Shown: positions 18,617 through 28,836 of the stretch, piece after piece
Position numbering within the stretch: position 1 is the first letter of the stretch
Layout: each line of letters opens with the position of its first letter
Source: Candidatus Sulfomarinibacteraceae bacterium
GTDB lineage: Bacteria > Acidobacteriota > Thermoanaerobaculia > Thermoanaerobaculales > Sulfomarinibacteraceae
Direction of reading: 5' to 3'
DNA: 64,000 bases
Assembly: GCA_041552055.1 (NCBI GenBank)
Contig: JBFELO010000001.1
Coordinates: 23,099 to 87,098, forward strand
The notes under the pieces: generated by a model
What the model was told of the DNA's origin: nothing
The model's input: only the letters and a program-made list of their open reading frames with translations
Databases searched by the model: none
Program-made: the position numbers and the translations under genes

Positions 18617-20053
18617 TTGCAGGATCGTTACCACCGTCCCGAGCGTCTGTACTTCCTGCCGATCGGCGGCACGGCGATGGCTCCTCTGGCGGGGCTGCTG
18701 CAGGAGATGGGCCACAACGTGGAGGGCGTCGACGCACAGCTCTACCCACCGATGAGCACCCTGCTGGAGGAGCTCGGAATCCCGGTTCGTCTCGGCTATG
18801 ACGGCGACCGACTTCCGCGCGAGATCGACCGGGTGATCATCGGCAACGCCGTCCCGCGCGACAACCCGGAGGTCGTTGCCGTCCTCGACCGGGGCGTGCC
18901 CCATCTGGCGCAGGCGGAGGCGGTCGCACACTACGTGCTGGCGCGAGGCCAAGACAGCCTGGTGGTCGCGGGCACCCACGGCAAGACCACCACCTCATCG
19001 ATGCTGGCGTGGATCCTGGAGCGCTCCGGCCGAGATCCGTCCTACCTGGTGGGGGGGCTGCCGAGCTGGAGCGGTCGCGCCCACCGCCTCGGCGGTGGGG
19101 GAGAGATCGTCATCGAGGGGGACGAGTACAACACCGCCTTCTTCGACCGGGGACCGAAGTTCCTGCACTACCGCCCCCATCTCTTCGTGCTCGGACCGGT
19201 CGAGTTCGACCACGCCGACATCTACCGTGATCTGGACGCCGTCATGACCGCATTTCGTGCCGGAGCTGCCCAGGTCCCCAGACACGGCGCGGTCGTGGTG
19301 AACGGCTGGAGTGACAACGCCCGGGTGGCGGCCCGCAACAGCACCGCGCCGGTGGTGGCGGTCGGCCCCGACGATCACGACGACCTCCAGGTCAAGAGCT
19401 GGGTCGGCGGGACCGAGGGATCGCGGGCGGAACTGCGCTGGCGCCAACACCGGCTCCGGTTCGAGATCCCGATGACAGGCGAACACAACCTGCACAACGC
19501 CGCGATGGCCCTTGCTGCGGCCCTGACGATCGGCGTCGAGGACGAGCCTGCATGTGCGGCCCTCGCCGACTTTCCAGGTGTCGCCCGCCGTCTCGAGGTC
19601 ATCGGTACCGCGCGAGAGATCACCGTCGTCGACGACTTTGCCCACCACCCGACCGCTCTCGCCGCCACCATCGCCGCCGCTCGCCAAAGCTGGCCCGGTC
19701 GCCGCCTGGTGGTGGCGTTCGAACCCCGCTCGCTCACAGCTGCCCGCCGGTCGTTCCAGCCGGCGTACCAGGACGCTCTGGCCGCGGCAGACCTGGTCAT
19801 GGTGGCGGTGCCCTTCCACCACGAGCGGCTCGACCCCGACCAGGTCCTCGACCGCGACACCCTCGCCGCACATCTTGCCGAACGCGGGTTGCAGACGATC
19901 ATGCCCGGGGTGGACGACGATCCCCTGTTGGAGCTGTTGCCCGAGTTGGCGGCTGGAGACGTGGTACTGGTCTGCTCATCCGGCAACTTCCAGAATCTGC
20001 ACCGCAGACTGCTCGCTCGCATCCGGGGGGCCTCTGGTACGATCGGCCGGTGA
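18617..20053 (+). CDS. mpl: UDP-N-acetylmuramate:L-alanyl-gamma-D-glutamyl-meso-diaminopimelate ligase
   Basis: Mur-ligase motifs (GTHGKTTTSSM). The N-terminus IGGTAMAPLAGLLQEMGHNVEGVD is Mpl-like. The start codon at 18617 is TTG, and there is no in-frame ATG upstream of the conserved region. Confidence 0.8.
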   Translation: MQDRYHRPERLYFLPIGGTAMAPLAGLLQEMGHNVEGVDAQLYPPMSTLLEELGIPVRLGYDGDRLPREIDRVIIGNAVPRDNPEVVAVLDRGVPHLAQAEAVAHYVLARGQDSLVVAGTHGKTTTSSMLAWILERSGRDPSYLVGGLPSWSGRAHRLGGGGEIVIEGDEYNTAFFDRGPKFLHYRPHLFVLGPVEFDHADIYRDLDAVMTAFRAGAAQVPRHGAVVVNGWSDNARVAARNSTAPVVAVGPDDHDDLQVKSWVGGTEGSRAELRWRQHRLRFEIPMTGEHNLHNAAMALAAALTIGVEDEPACAALADFPGVARRLEVIGTAREITVVDDFAHHPTALAATIAAARQSWPGRRLVVAFEPRSLTAARRSFQPAYQDALAAADLVMVAVPFHHERLDPDQVLDRDTLAAHLAERGLQTIMPGVDDDPLLELLPELAAGDVVLVCSSGNFQNLHRRLLARIRGASGTIGR

Positions 20054-20553
20054 CATCGTCCCGGACAGCCTTTCTGCTCGCCACCATCGCCGGGCTCGGC
20101 GACCGCGTCCCGGCTCCTGGAACCACCGTCGGTTCGCTGCCGCCCGCGCTCGCGTGGTGGGTCGTCAGCGCGATGTTGGCGGACCACTCTCGATCCATGC
20201 TCCTCATCGGAGTCGCCGTGGGGATCGTCATTCCAGTCGCAGTCTGGAGCTCCGGGGTGGAGGCCGGTCGGCGCGGCGGCGACGACCCGCGGGCCGTCGT
20301 GATCGACGAGGTGGCCGGTCAGTGGCTGTGCCTGCTGATCGCAGCGATCCTCGCGCCGGCCACGAACGCGGTGGATCTCGGCATCATCGCGGCCCTCGGA
20401 TTTCTGCTCTTTCGTATCCTCGATGTCGTCAAGCCGCCACCGATCAGCACCCTCGAGAGACTTCCGGGCGGCACCGGGATCGTCGCCGACGATCTGGCGG
20501 CCGGAGCGATCGCGGGGCTCGCCGCCGGCATCGTCGGCCGCTGGTTGTTCTGA
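20050..20553 (+). CDS. pgpA: phosphatidylglycerophosphatase A
   Basis: GTG at 20050 overlaps the mpl stop (GTGA). GSLPPAL....VVIDEVAGQW....F.LFRILDVVKPPPI...E.LPGG.GIVADD are PgpA motifs. Confidence 0.8.
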   Translation: MTSSRTAFLLATIAGLGDRVPAPGTTVGSLPPALAWWVVSAMLADHSRSMLLIGVAVGIVIPVAVWSSGVEAGRRGGDDPRAVVIDEVAGQWLCLLIAAILAPATNAVDLGIIAALGFLLFRILDVVKPPPISTLERLPGGTGIVADDLAAGAIAGLAAGIVGRWLF

Positions 20554-20600
20554 GCTGCATCCTGCCTCTCCCGTCGATTCAGGTTCGCCGTCCTGTCGCA

Positions 20601-20739
20601 CCCGTTCCCGTACCCGTCCCCGTTCCCGGAGGGCCGGTGCTCTCGGCTCTCCGGCTTATCTGACCAAAACACATCGGCCTATGTGATCTATCGGAAGGTG
20701 CCACCGGGTACGTGAACTGGAGGGGGGACGGGCACGGAG
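20601..20739. repeat. divergent family A-like element: C-run hexamer arm (20601-20629) and distant GGGACGGGCACGGAGC arm (20726-20739)
   Basis: Reads cccgttcccgtacccgtccccgttcccgga ... gggacgggcacggagc. The spacing between the arms (about 100 nt) is longer than in other copies. Confidence 0.55.
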
Positions 20740-20773
20740 CAAGCCTGAGTTATGGGGATTGCAGTGATTTGGG

Positions 20774-21589
20774 TTAGCCCCGAAACAGCCCCTCACGCGG
20801 TCGAATCTCGGCCACGACACGCGTCGGGCCTGTGAACCGCACCGGACACCGAGGAGGGCCCCCCAGAGCCTCCACGACCAGCACGTCTCCCGAGGTCGTC
20901 CGCAGCCGAATCGCACCGACTCCCCGCCTCGCCATGACAACCAGCGCCGCCGCGACGACGCCCGACCCGCACGACAAGGTCTCGCCCTCGACTCCCCGCT
21001 CCCAGGTTCTGATGACGCCCGGGCTCTCGTCACCGGAAGTCACGAAATCCACGTTCGCACCGCCAGGACCGAGCTCGGGATGATGCCGCAGCGGCGGCGC
21101 GATCATCTCCAGGTCCAGGCCGGTCGGGTCGCTCACCGGCACCACGAGGTGGGGCACGCCGACCTCCATGTAGCTGGCCTCCAGCCGTCGATCCCCGAGA
21201 GTGACGGCCATCGGCCGCGGCCCGTCGGGCGGGGCTGGAAGATCGAGCGACACCGATGCCTCGCACACCGTCGCTGTAATCGGCGCCCACCCGGTGTCCA
21301 CGACCAGGTTCGATCGACATCCGGCGAGCTCCACTGCTACACGTGCGGCGCAACGGGTGCCGTTGCCGCAAAAAGCCACACCCGAACCATCCGCATTGCG
21401 ATGCTCGAGCCGCACCCGATCGACGCCCTCGACCTCCACCAGCAGCACCCCGTCGGCGCCGATGCCCAGTCGGCGATGGCACAGCCTCCGCACCAGCTCG
21501 CGGTCCTCGGCGAGTCGGCCGACCCAGTCGCCCATGGCGAGCACGAAGTCGTTGCCCGCCCCTTCCACCTTGAGAAGAGCGGACGTCAT
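20774..21589 (-). CDS. dapF: diaminopimelate epimerase
   Basis: LKVEGAGNDFVL (N-terminal signature), plus CGNGTRC and SCGSG catalytic Cys motifs. ATG at 21589 overlaps the upstream stop (ATGA). Confidence 0.9.
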   Translation of the reverse strand: MTSALLKVEGAGNDFVLAMGDWVGRLAEDRELVRRLCHRRLGIGADGVLLVEVEGVDRVRLEHRNADGSGVAFCGNGTRCAARVAVELAGCRSNLVVDTGWAPITATVCEASVSLDLPAPPDGPRPMAVTLGDRRLEASYMEVGVPHLVVPVSDPTGLDLEMIAPPLRHHPELGPGGANVDFVTSGDESPGVIRTWERGVEGETLSCGSGVVAAALVVMARRGVGAIRLRTTSGDVLVVEALGGPPRCPVRFTGPTRVVAEIRPREGLFRG

Positions 21590-22656
21590 GGCTGCGAGCC
21601 CATCAGTGCCGTGCACGTCACGAGGTCAGAGCGGTTCTTCGCCTGATCGACCGCCCACACCCCATAGGTCAGGGTCCCGAGCGGGGGGTCACCGTCGTCG
21701 AACACCACCTGCTGGTGGCGATCGGCCAAGGACTCCCAGTCGCCGTCGTCCACGCGGCGCGCGACGCTGTACCACGCCGCATCCGCAGACTCCTGCCAGC
21801 GGATCCGCACCCGCTCGGCCTCCGGCAGGCACACCACGTTCGAGGGTGCCGCCGGCGGGTAGATGTCGGGGAAGTCGAGAGTGACCGACTCGCCGGGCTC
21901 GCCCACCACTCGGCCGCCGTCCTCGGCCTTCACCGACCTCAATCGGTAGCTCCATGCCCTGCCCTGCTCGGCTCCAGCGTCGCGCCATCGATCCCCAGTC
22001 ACCGGCTCGCGGGTCACGACCCGCCAGGCTTCGTCCCCCTTCCTCTCCACCAGGGCAGCCGTCGCCGGTATCGGACTCCACGTGAGGATGATCCCGTCCG
22101 CCGAGGGAGCGGCCTCGAGGCCTGTCGGCGGGGATGGAGGGAGTCGCGGCACGATCCGCGCGATGTTGGAGTACTCCGATGGTCTCTTCCGGCAGCAGAT
22201 GGTCCGCACCGCGTACCACAGCACCTTGCGATCATCACCCCCTCGAACCTCTTGCCACACGTCCAGGTCGTCCCGGTATCGCAACTTCAAGCCCCGGGTG
22301 GCGTCTGCGATTCCCGCCTCGTTGAGGGACACGAGCAGCTCGCTCTCCGCCTCGAGCAATTGGTAGCGGATCGCGCGGTCCCTGCTGGTCACGTCGGGTG
22401 GCTCCTGGCCCGCCGGTATGGTCGCGCGCCACACCTCGACCGCTTCCACGTCCGGCAACGGCCCGCCCGCAGTCGTGATGTCCGGATAGCTCCACGTCAA
22501 CACCGCCTCGCGACCCTCCTGATAGACCTCGAGATCACGGGTCGTGTCGGCAACTCTCACCTGCGGCGGCAGCGGTGGGCCCTTGCGCCCACAACCGGTC
22601 GCAACCAGCACCACCAGGGCCAGAACCGTCCAGCGCACGAGGTCGCGTCCGAGCAC
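21586..22656 (-). CDS. lipoprotein with LptM(YifL)-like lipobox and three Fn3-like repeats
   Basis: GTG start at 22656. The signal peptide and lipobox read LVATGCGRKGPPLPP. Three segments follow with an Fn3-like pattern (LTWSYP.., ILTWSPIP..WSYRLRSV, RIRWQES..WYSVARR..YGVWAVD). Translationally coupled to dapF. Confidence 0.6.
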   Translation of the reverse strand: MLGRDLVRWTVLALVVLVATGCGRKGPPLPPQVRVADTTRDLEVYQEGREAVLTWSYPDITTAGGPLPDVEAVEVWRATIPAGQEPPDVTSRDRAIRYQLLEAESELLVSLNEAGIADATRGLKLRYRDDLDVWQEVRGGDDRKVLWYAVRTICCRKRPSEYSNIARIVPRLPPSPPTGLEAAPSADGIILTWSPIPATAALVERKGDEAWRVVTREPVTGDRWRDAGAEQGRAWSYRLRSVKAEDGGRVVGEPGESVTLDFPDIYPPAAPSNVVCLPEAERVRIRWQESADAAWYSVARRVDDGDWESLADRHQQVVFDDGDPPLGTLTYGVWAVDQAKNRSDLVTCTALMGSQP

Positions 22657-22665
22657 GGTGTCACC

Positions 22666-23988
22666 TCAGAGGATGTACCGCGCCAGGTCGCGGTCCTTGA
22701 CCAGGGCATCCAGCTTGTCGTGCACCATCTCCTCGGTGACCCGGTGTGCCTCTCCGGCCCTGTCGGGAGCGTCGAAGGAGACGTCCTCGAGCAGCTTCTC
22801 CATCACAGTGTGCAGCCGACGAGCGCCGATGTTCTCGGCCGAGCCGTTGATCTCGGCCGCGACCGCGGCGAGTGCTCGGATCGCACCCTCGGTGAAGACG
22901 AGCTCCACCTTTTCGGTGGCCAGAAGCTCGGTGTACTGTCGCACCAGCGAGTTGTCCGGTTCCACGAGGATCCGCTCGAACTCCTCGGCACCCAGCGAGC
23001 CCAGCTCCACACGGATGGGGAATCGGCCCTGCATCTCGGGGATCAGGTCGGCGGGCCGAGCGACGTGGAACGCCCCGGCGGCGATGAACAGGACGTGGTC
23101 GGTCCGAACCGCTCCGTACCTGGTGGTCACGGTGGTGCCTTCGACGATGGGCAGCAGGTCCCGCTGCACCCCTTCGCGGGACACATCCGGTCCACGCGCC
23201 GCATCCTCTCTCGATGCGATCTTGTCGATCTCGTCCAGGAAGACGATGCCTTCCTGCTCCACCCGCTGTAACGCCTCCACCTCGACCTGCGACCGATCGA
23301 TAAGCTTGTCCTCCTCCTCTGCTATCAGCACGCGACGCGCCTCCGACACCCTCATCCGCTTGCGCGCCTTGCGGCCGAACATGCCGCCGAACAGGTCCTT
23401 GAAGTCGATGCCCATCGACTCGGTCCCTTGCGGCGTGAACATCTCGAGGGTCGGAATGCGCTGCTCCGCCACCTCGAGCTCGATCTCCTGCTCCTCCAGC
23501 AGCCCGTCGCGGAGCGGCTTCTTCAGGGCTTTCCGGCGCTCCTCGAGTGCGTCGCCGACCCCCGACGAGGACGTCACCAATAGGTCCAGCAGCCGATCCT
23601 CGGCGGCCCGTTCGGCCCGGACTCTGACCTCCTTCACCCGTTCGTCCCGTACCAGCTGGATGCCGGCCTCGACGAGGTCTCGCACGATCGAGTCCACGTC
23701 ACGCCCGACGTATCCGACCTCGGTGAACTTCGAGGCTTCGACCTTGAGGAAGGGCGAACCGGTGAGCCGTGCCAGCCGGCGCGCGATCTCGGTCTTCCCG
23801 ACCCCGGTCGGGCCCATCATGATGATGTTCTTGGGCGCGACCTCTTCGCGGAGCTCGGGGGACAGCTGCTGCCGCCGCCATCGGTTCCGCAGCGCGACCG
23901 CGACCGCGCGTTTGGCGGCATCCTGCCCGATGATGAACCGATCGAGTGCGGCCACGGTCTCCTTGGGCGTCATCGCCTCGACGCTCAC
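22666..23988 (-). CDS. hslU: ATP-dependent protease ATPase subunit HslU
   Basis: [33 protein letters not shown] and the Walker [20 protein letters not shown] at 23988 overlaps the hslV stop. An alternative ATG is at 23973. Confidence 0.95.
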   Translation of the reverse strand: MSVEAMTPKETVAALDRFIIGQDAAKRAVAVALRNRWRRQQLSPELREEVAPKNIIMMGPTGVGKTEIARRLARLTGSPFLKVEASKFTEVGYVGRDVDSIVRDLVEAGIQLVRDERVKEVRVRAERAAEDRLLDLLVTSSSGVGDALEERRKALKKPLRDGLLEEQEIELEVAEQRIPTLEMFTPQGTESMGIDFKDLFGGMFGRKARKRMRVSEARRVLIAEEEDKLIDRSQVEVEALQRVEQEGIVFLDEIDKIASREDAARGPDVSREGVQRDLLPIVEGTTVTTRYGAVRTDHVLFIAAGAFHVARPADLIPEMQGRFPIRVELGSLGAEEFERILVEPDNSLVRQYTELLATEKVELVFTEGAIRALAAVAAEINGSAENIGARRLHTVMEKLLEDVSFDAPDRAGEAHRVTEEMVHDKLDALVKDRDLARYIL

Positions 23989-24524
23989 GAGCTCAGCTCC
24001 TCGATGGTCACCCGGTCGTTGGTGTAGATGTCGATGGACGCTGCGATCGTCAGCGCCTCTTGCACGACTTCACGAGCGCCCAGATCGGTGTGCCGCAACA
24101 ACGCCCGTGCCGCCGCGAGCGCGTAGCTCCCGCCGGACCCCGCCGCCACCACCTCATCGTCCGGCGACAGCACCTCGCCGGTTCCGGATATCAGCAGGGT
24201 GGTCGATTGATCCGCAGCGATCAGGAGCGCCTCGAGATGGCGCAGCGCCCGGTCGGTGCGCCACTCCCGGGCCAGCTCGACGGCTGCCCGTTCGAGGTTG
24301 TGGCCAAACTCCTCCAGCTTCGCCTCGAATCGGGTGAAGAGGGCGAGGGCATCGGCGACCGAGCCGGCAAAACCGGCCACCACCCTTCCCCCGGCCAGCC
24401 GTCGCACCTTGGCCGCACCGTGCTTCATGACCGTCGTGCCGAGCGTCACCTGTCCGTCGGAGCCGACCGCCACGGTCCCCTCGCGGCGTACCGCCACCAC
24501 CGTCGTGTGCCGCCACTCTTCCAT
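23985..24524 (-). CDS. hslV: ATP-dependent protease subunit HslV (CodW-like N-terminus)
   Basis: [23 protein letters not shown]...GFAGSVADA...GSGG. The nearest in-frame start is the ATG at 24524, which leaves MEEWRH ahead of the Thr-Thr. Confidence 0.9.
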   Translation of the reverse strand: MEEWRHTTVVAVRREGTVAVGSDGQVTLGTTVMKHGAAKVRRLAGGRVVAGFAGSVADALALFTRFEAKLEEFGHNLERAAVELAREWRTDRALRHLEALLIAADQSTTLLISGTGEVLSPDDEVVAAGSGGSYALAAARALLRHTDLGAREVVQEALTIAASIDIYTNDRVTIEELSS

Positions 24525-24567
24525 CCCGCACCTCCGATCCGACATTGTGGACCGACAGCCGTGGAGG

Positions 24568-24602
24568 TGCAAGGTTCAGGGAGCAGGGAACAAGGAGCAA
24601 GG
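24568..24602. repeat. tandem heptamer block x5: tgcaagg ttcaggg agcaggg aacaagg agcaagg
   Basis: Read directly. Lies in the hslV / pcrA spacer. Same CAAGG heptad family as 247-274. Confidence 0.85.
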
Positions 24603-24649
24603 TCAAATAGAGAATCTGTAGGAGCGCGCGGTGGGGCGAAGAGAGGGGG

Positions 24650-26956
24650 CTAGACCTTCTCCAGCTTGGCGATGGTCGGCACCAGCGTCTTGCGCCCCGC
24701 CCGATCGAAGTACACCACCAGCTTGAGATTGCCACCGCGACCCTGGCAGCTGAGCACGACACCGCTCCCGAAACGCTGGTGGCGAACCCGGTCTCCCGGA
24801 CGCCAGCCTGCGCCGCTGGCGTCGGTCACGGTCGCCTGGACGACACCCCTTGCACGCCTGCGTCGAGCTTTGACGCCCGGTCGGGCCGCCGCCGTCGCCG
24901 CTGCAGACTCTGCGCCGGGCGTCTCCGTTCCAGCACCGAGTGTTGCCTCGGAGACGTCCTCGAACTCGTCGACGGGCAGCTCGTACAGGAAGCGCGAGGG
25001 TCGGGTCGGTTGTCTCTGGCCGAACAGAAACCGCGTTCGGGCGGCACTGAGGGCCAGCCGGCGTCGTGCCCGGGTCATCCCCACGTAGGCCAGTCTCCGC
25101 TCCTCCTCGAGCCCATCGAAATCGTCTCGGGAGTTGGCGTGCGGCAGCAAGCCGTCCTCGAACCCAACCAGGAACACGACATCGAACTCCAGCCCCTTCG
25201 CAGCGTGCAGGGTCATCACCGACAACGCGTCCGGTGAGCCCTCGTCGTCTGCGTCCGACAGCAGCGCCACCGCGTCGAGGAACTCGTCCAGCGACTGACC
25301 CTGGACCTCGGCCTCGGCCACCGCGGACGCCAGCTGCTGCAGGTTCTCCCGTCGTGCTACCCGCTCCTCGGCCTCGCCTTCATACATCAAAAGCAATCCG
25401 GACGCCTCCAACAGCCAGCCGACGAAATCGCCCCCACTCAACAGCTCTCGCTGCTCCTGCGCCTGCCCGAAGAGCTCGAAAAACTTCTCGAGGGAGACTC
25501 GGGCACGCCTGGTGAGACCCTCCGGCAGCTCTCGGGCAGCGGCTGACAGGGCCAGCCCGCCGGTGGCGGCGTGTCGCGTGACAACGTCGAGGGTCGCCGC
25601 ACCTATGCCGCGCGCCGGCACGTTGACGACCCTCTGGAACGCGAGGGTGTCGTCCGGCCGGACCACGAGTCTCAGGTACGCCAGGGCGTGCTTCACCTCC
25701 TCCCGTTGCCAGAACCGCAACCCGCCGACGACCCGGTGCGGCAGCCGCCGCCGCGTGAACTCCTCCTCGAAGGCACGCGTCTGCGCGTTGGTGCGGACCA
25801 GCACCGACATCGCCTGGTAGGGGAACTCCGCGTTCAGCTCCTCCACCCGGTCGGCGACCCAGCGCGCCTCGGCCCGTTCGTCATCACCGATGTACAGCCG
25901 CACCGATTCGCCGCCGGTCTGGCTGGTGTACAGACGCTTGCCGCGTCGCTGCACGTTCTTGCTGATCAGATGTCCGGCCAACGACAGGATCGGCGCGGTC
26001 GACCGGTAGTTCTCCTCCAGTGCCACCACCCGCGCACCCGGAAAGTGGCGCTCGAACGAGAGGATGTTCGCCATCTCCGCCCCTCGCCACCGGTAGATGG
26101 CCTGGTCCTCGTCGCCGACGGCGGTGATGTTGCCAGGATCTGTCAGCACCCTGGCCAGGAGATCCAACTGGAGGCGGTTGGTGTCCTGGAACTCATCCAC
26201 GAGCAGCCACCGCACACGTCGCTGCACCTCGTGGCGAAGCCTCTCGTGTCGATCCAGCAGCTGAAGCGCCAGCAGCAGCATGTCGTCGAAGTCCACCACC
26301 CCGGCGGATCGTTTGAGCTCTCCGTAACGACGCCACAAGGCCGCGGTGGTGGCCCGGCCGGGGTCGGCCTCGAGCTGCTTCGGACTCCGCCTCTGGTTGA
26401 CCTGACGCGAGATTTCGGCCAGCACGGCTCGTGGGGCGTGGTCACGGGGGTCGGTGCCGAGCTCCTTGAGGGCCCGATTCATGAGCGATCGTTGATCGTC
26501 GCTGTCGGCGATGGCAAAGCGCTCTCCAAGACCCGCCTCGGAGGGATGTCGACGCAGAAGCTCGAGCGACCAACGATGGAACGTACCGACGAATCCACCC
26601 CTCATGCTGCCGCGGGTCAGACGCTCCACGCGATCGTGCATCTCGCGCGCCGCCTTGTTGGTGAAGGTCACCGCGGTGATCTCGTGAGGTCGGGCCGCGC
26701 CCGACGCGAGCAGGTGCGCGATCCGGTAGGTGATGACACGGGTCTTTCCGGAGCCCGCGCCCGCCAACACGAGCAGCGGACCCTCGCCGTGGGTCACGGC
26801 GTCTCGCTGGGGCGGGTTCAGATCCTGCAGCAGGTCGCGCACTTGAGGTACGGCTCCATCGATTTGGTTCCACCGGTCGGTTCGGTTTGACGACGCCGAG
26901 ACCAGTTCGCACCGTCTTCCAACGCCAACGGTTCTGCCACCGGCGCGAAGGATCAT
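24650..26956 (-). CDS. pcrA: ATP-dependent DNA helicase, UvrD/PcrA family
   Basis: LNPPQRDAV, the Walker A AGAGSGKTRV, and motifs LLVDEFQDTN, TLHAAKGLEFD, YVGMTRA. Has a C-terminal Tudor-like tail (RVRHQRFGSGVV). ATG at 26956. Track start 26983 is a TTG. Confidence 0.9.
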   Translation of the reverse strand: MILRAGGRTVGVGRRCELVSASSNRTDRWNQIDGAVPQVRDLLQDLNPPQRDAVTHGEGPLLVLAGAGSGKTRVITYRIAHLLASGAARPHEITAVTFTNKAAREMHDRVERLTRGSMRGGFVGTFHRWSLELLRRHPSEAGLGERFAIADSDDQRSLMNRALKELGTDPRDHAPRAVLAEISRQVNQRRSPKQLEADPGRATTAALWRRYGELKRSAGVVDFDDMLLLALQLLDRHERLRHEVQRRVRWLLVDEFQDTNRLQLDLLARVLTDPGNITAVGDEDQAIYRWRGAEMANILSFERHFPGARVVALEENYRSTAPILSLAGHLISKNVQRRGKRLYTSQTGGESVRLYIGDDERAEARWVADRVEELNAEFPYQAMSVLVRTNAQTRAFEEEFTRRRLPHRVVGGLRFWQREEVKHALAYLRLVVRPDDTLAFQRVVNVPARGIGAATLDVVTRHAATGGLALSAAARELPEGLTRRARVSLEKFFELFGQAQEQRELLSGGDFVGWLLEASGLLLMYEGEAEERVARRENLQQLASAVAEAEVQGQSLDEFLDAVALLSDADDEGSPDALSVMTLHAAKGLEFDVVFLVGFEDGLLPHANSRDDFDGLEEERRLAYVGMTRARRRLALSAARTRFLFGQRQPTRPSRFLYELPVDEFEDVSEATLGAGTETPGAESAAATAAARPGVKARRRRARGVVQATVTDASGAGWRPGDRVRHQRFGSGVVLSCQGRGGNLKLVVYFDRAGRKTLVPTIAKLEKV

Positions 26957-27009
26957 TCTCGGGCCTCGATCAGCAAATTGCAATCAGCGCTCGGGCGGAA
27001 TGGCGCGCC

Positions 27010-28836
27010 CTATTCGACCGTCACCGACTTCGCCAGGTTGCGCGGTTGATCGACGTCCTGGCCGAGTTCCACGGCGACGTTGTAGGCCAGGAGTTGGAGC
27101 GGCAGGACCGCCACAACCGGCTGCAGCAGCGGGTGGACGCGAGGCACCGGGAGCACGAGGTCCGCGACCTGCTCCACCTCTTCCGCGTCCCGCTCAGCGA
27201 CCGCGATCACCGTTGCGCCGCGCGCCTTCACCTCCATCAGGTTGCCCAACAACTTGCCGCGGGTCGGGGTGTCGAGTGCCACCGCCACGACCGGGAAACG
27301 GTCCTCCACCAGCGCGATCGGGCCATGCTTCATCTCGCCGGCCGGATAGCCCTCGGCGTGGAGGTAGCTCAGCTCTTTCAGCTTGAGCGCTCCCTCCAGG
27401 GCGATCGGGTACAGAATGCCGCGCCCGAGGTACAACGAGGACCTTGCCGTCAGGACTTCGGTCCCGCGCTGATACACCCGCCGTTCCGCCCGCAGAGTCT
27501 CCTCCACCGCCAACGGCAATCGCTGCAGCTCCGTCACCAACTGGGCGTCGGCGGAGTCCGCCAGGCCGCGGGCGCGGCGCAGTCCGAGCGCCAGCAACAG
27601 CAGGGCCACGAGCTGGGTCGTGAAGGCCTTGGTCGAGGCGACTCCGACCTCGGGCCCCGCCTGGGTCAGCATGCGATCGGCGGCGAGCCTCCAGGACGAC
27701 GACCCGCGCACGTTGCAGATCGTGCCGAGCCTGGCCCCACCGTCGCGCGCCAGCTCCATGGCTGCGAGGGTATCGGCCGTCTCGCCGGACTGGGTGACAC
27801 CGACCACCAACACGTCGCCAGCGAGGAGTGGAGCGCGGTACCGATACTCTGAGGCGTAGTCGACCTCGGTCGCCAACCCGGCCAGCGACTCGATCAGAAA
27901 CTTGCCGACCTGGGCGGCGTGCCAGGAGGTGCCGCAGGCCACCAGGTGGACCCGCGCGACGGTTGCCAGCTCCTGCGACGTGAAGCCGGAGCCCTCGAGC
28001 CGGATCGCCGCCCGATCACTCGACAGGTACGACCGCACCGTGTTGCGGATCGCATCGGGCTGCTCGAAGATCTCCTTGAGCATGAAGTGGCGGTAGCCAC
28101 CCTTCTCGACGCGACCGGCATCCCAGTCGAGGGTCTCCTCCGGCCGCTCGACGGGGTCGCCGCCGCTGCTCAGCACACGCACGCCTCCTCGCCGCACGTC
28201 CGCGATGTCCCCGTTTTCGAGAAACACCACGCGCCGGGTACGATGGAGCAACGCCGTGACGTCCGAGGCGACGATGTTCTCGCCCTCACCGAGCCCCAGG
28301 ACCAGCGGCGGCCCCTGCCGAAAGGCCACGACCTGGTCCGGATCCGCCCGGTGCACCGCCACCACTGCGAATTGGCCGTGCAAGCGAGGCAGAACCGCTA
28401 CGACTCTGGAAATCAGGCCGCCCTGCTCCCGGCCGAGCAGCTGGGCGATGAGTTCGGTATCGGTATCGGATTTCAGCTCGATGCCCGCTTCGATCAGTTC
28501 CTGACGCAACCCAGCGTAGTTCTCGAGAATCCCGTTGTGGACCACGGCGACGGTACCGGCAGCGTCGGTCTGCGGGTGGGCGTTCGCCTCGGTCGGCGCG
28601 CCGTGCGTGGCCCAACGGGTGTGGCCGAGGCCGACGGTTCCGTGCAACGGCTGGTGATAGGCGAGTTGCTGTAGATTGTGGAGCTTGCCCGCCGCACGCA
28701 GAATCTGGATCCCACCGCCCTCACCGAGCACGGCCAAACCAGCGGAGTCGTAGCCTCGATACTCGAGTCGGCGAAGGCCGTCGAGCAGGACCGGCACGAC
28801 CTCCTCAGACCCCGCGCAACCGATGATCCCACACAT
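27010..28836 (-). CDS. glmS: glutamine--fructose-6-phosphate aminotransferase
   Basis: N-terminal MCGIIG (Ntn amidotransferase), two SIS domains, and the C-terminal ...PRNLAKSVTVE. Confidence 0.95.
   Translation of the reverse strand: MCGIIGCAGSEEVVPVLLDGLRRLEYRGYDSAGLAVLGEGGGIQILRAAGKLHNLQQLAYHQPLHGTVGLGHTRWATHGAPTEANAHPQTDAAGTVAVVHNGILENYAGLRQELIEAGIELKSDTDTELIAQLLGREQGGLISRVVAVLPRLHGQFAVVAVHRADPDQVVAFRQGPPLVLGLGEGENIVASDVTALLHRTRRVVFLENGDIADVRRGGVRVLSSGGDPVERPEETLDWDAGRVEKGGYRHFMLKEIFEQPDAIRNTVRSYLSSDRAAIRLEGSGFTSQELATVARVHLVACGTSWHAAQVGKFLIESLAGLATEVDYASEYRYRAPLLAGDVLVVGVTQSGETADTLAAMELARDGGARLGTICNVRGSSSWRLAADRMLTQAGPEVGVASTKAFTTQLVALLLLALGLRRARGLADSADAQLVTELQRLPLAVEETLRAERRVYQRGTEVLTARSSLYLGRGILYPIALEGALKLKELSYLHAEGYPAGEMKHGPIALVEDRFPVVAVALDTPTRGKLLGNLMEVKARGATVIAVAERDAEEVEQVADLVLPVPRVHPLLQPVVAVLPLQLLAYNVAVELGQDVDQPRNLAKSVTVE

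Noticed and set aside
23985-24572. HslV appears to have six residues (MEEWRH) ahead of the catalytic Thr-Thr. Proteobacterial HslV starts directly at MTT.
   Set aside because: As I recall, the Bacillus CodW-type HslV has the same kind of short extension (MSSFHATT...), and this protein is CodW-like overall. It is a known subtype rather than a novelty.
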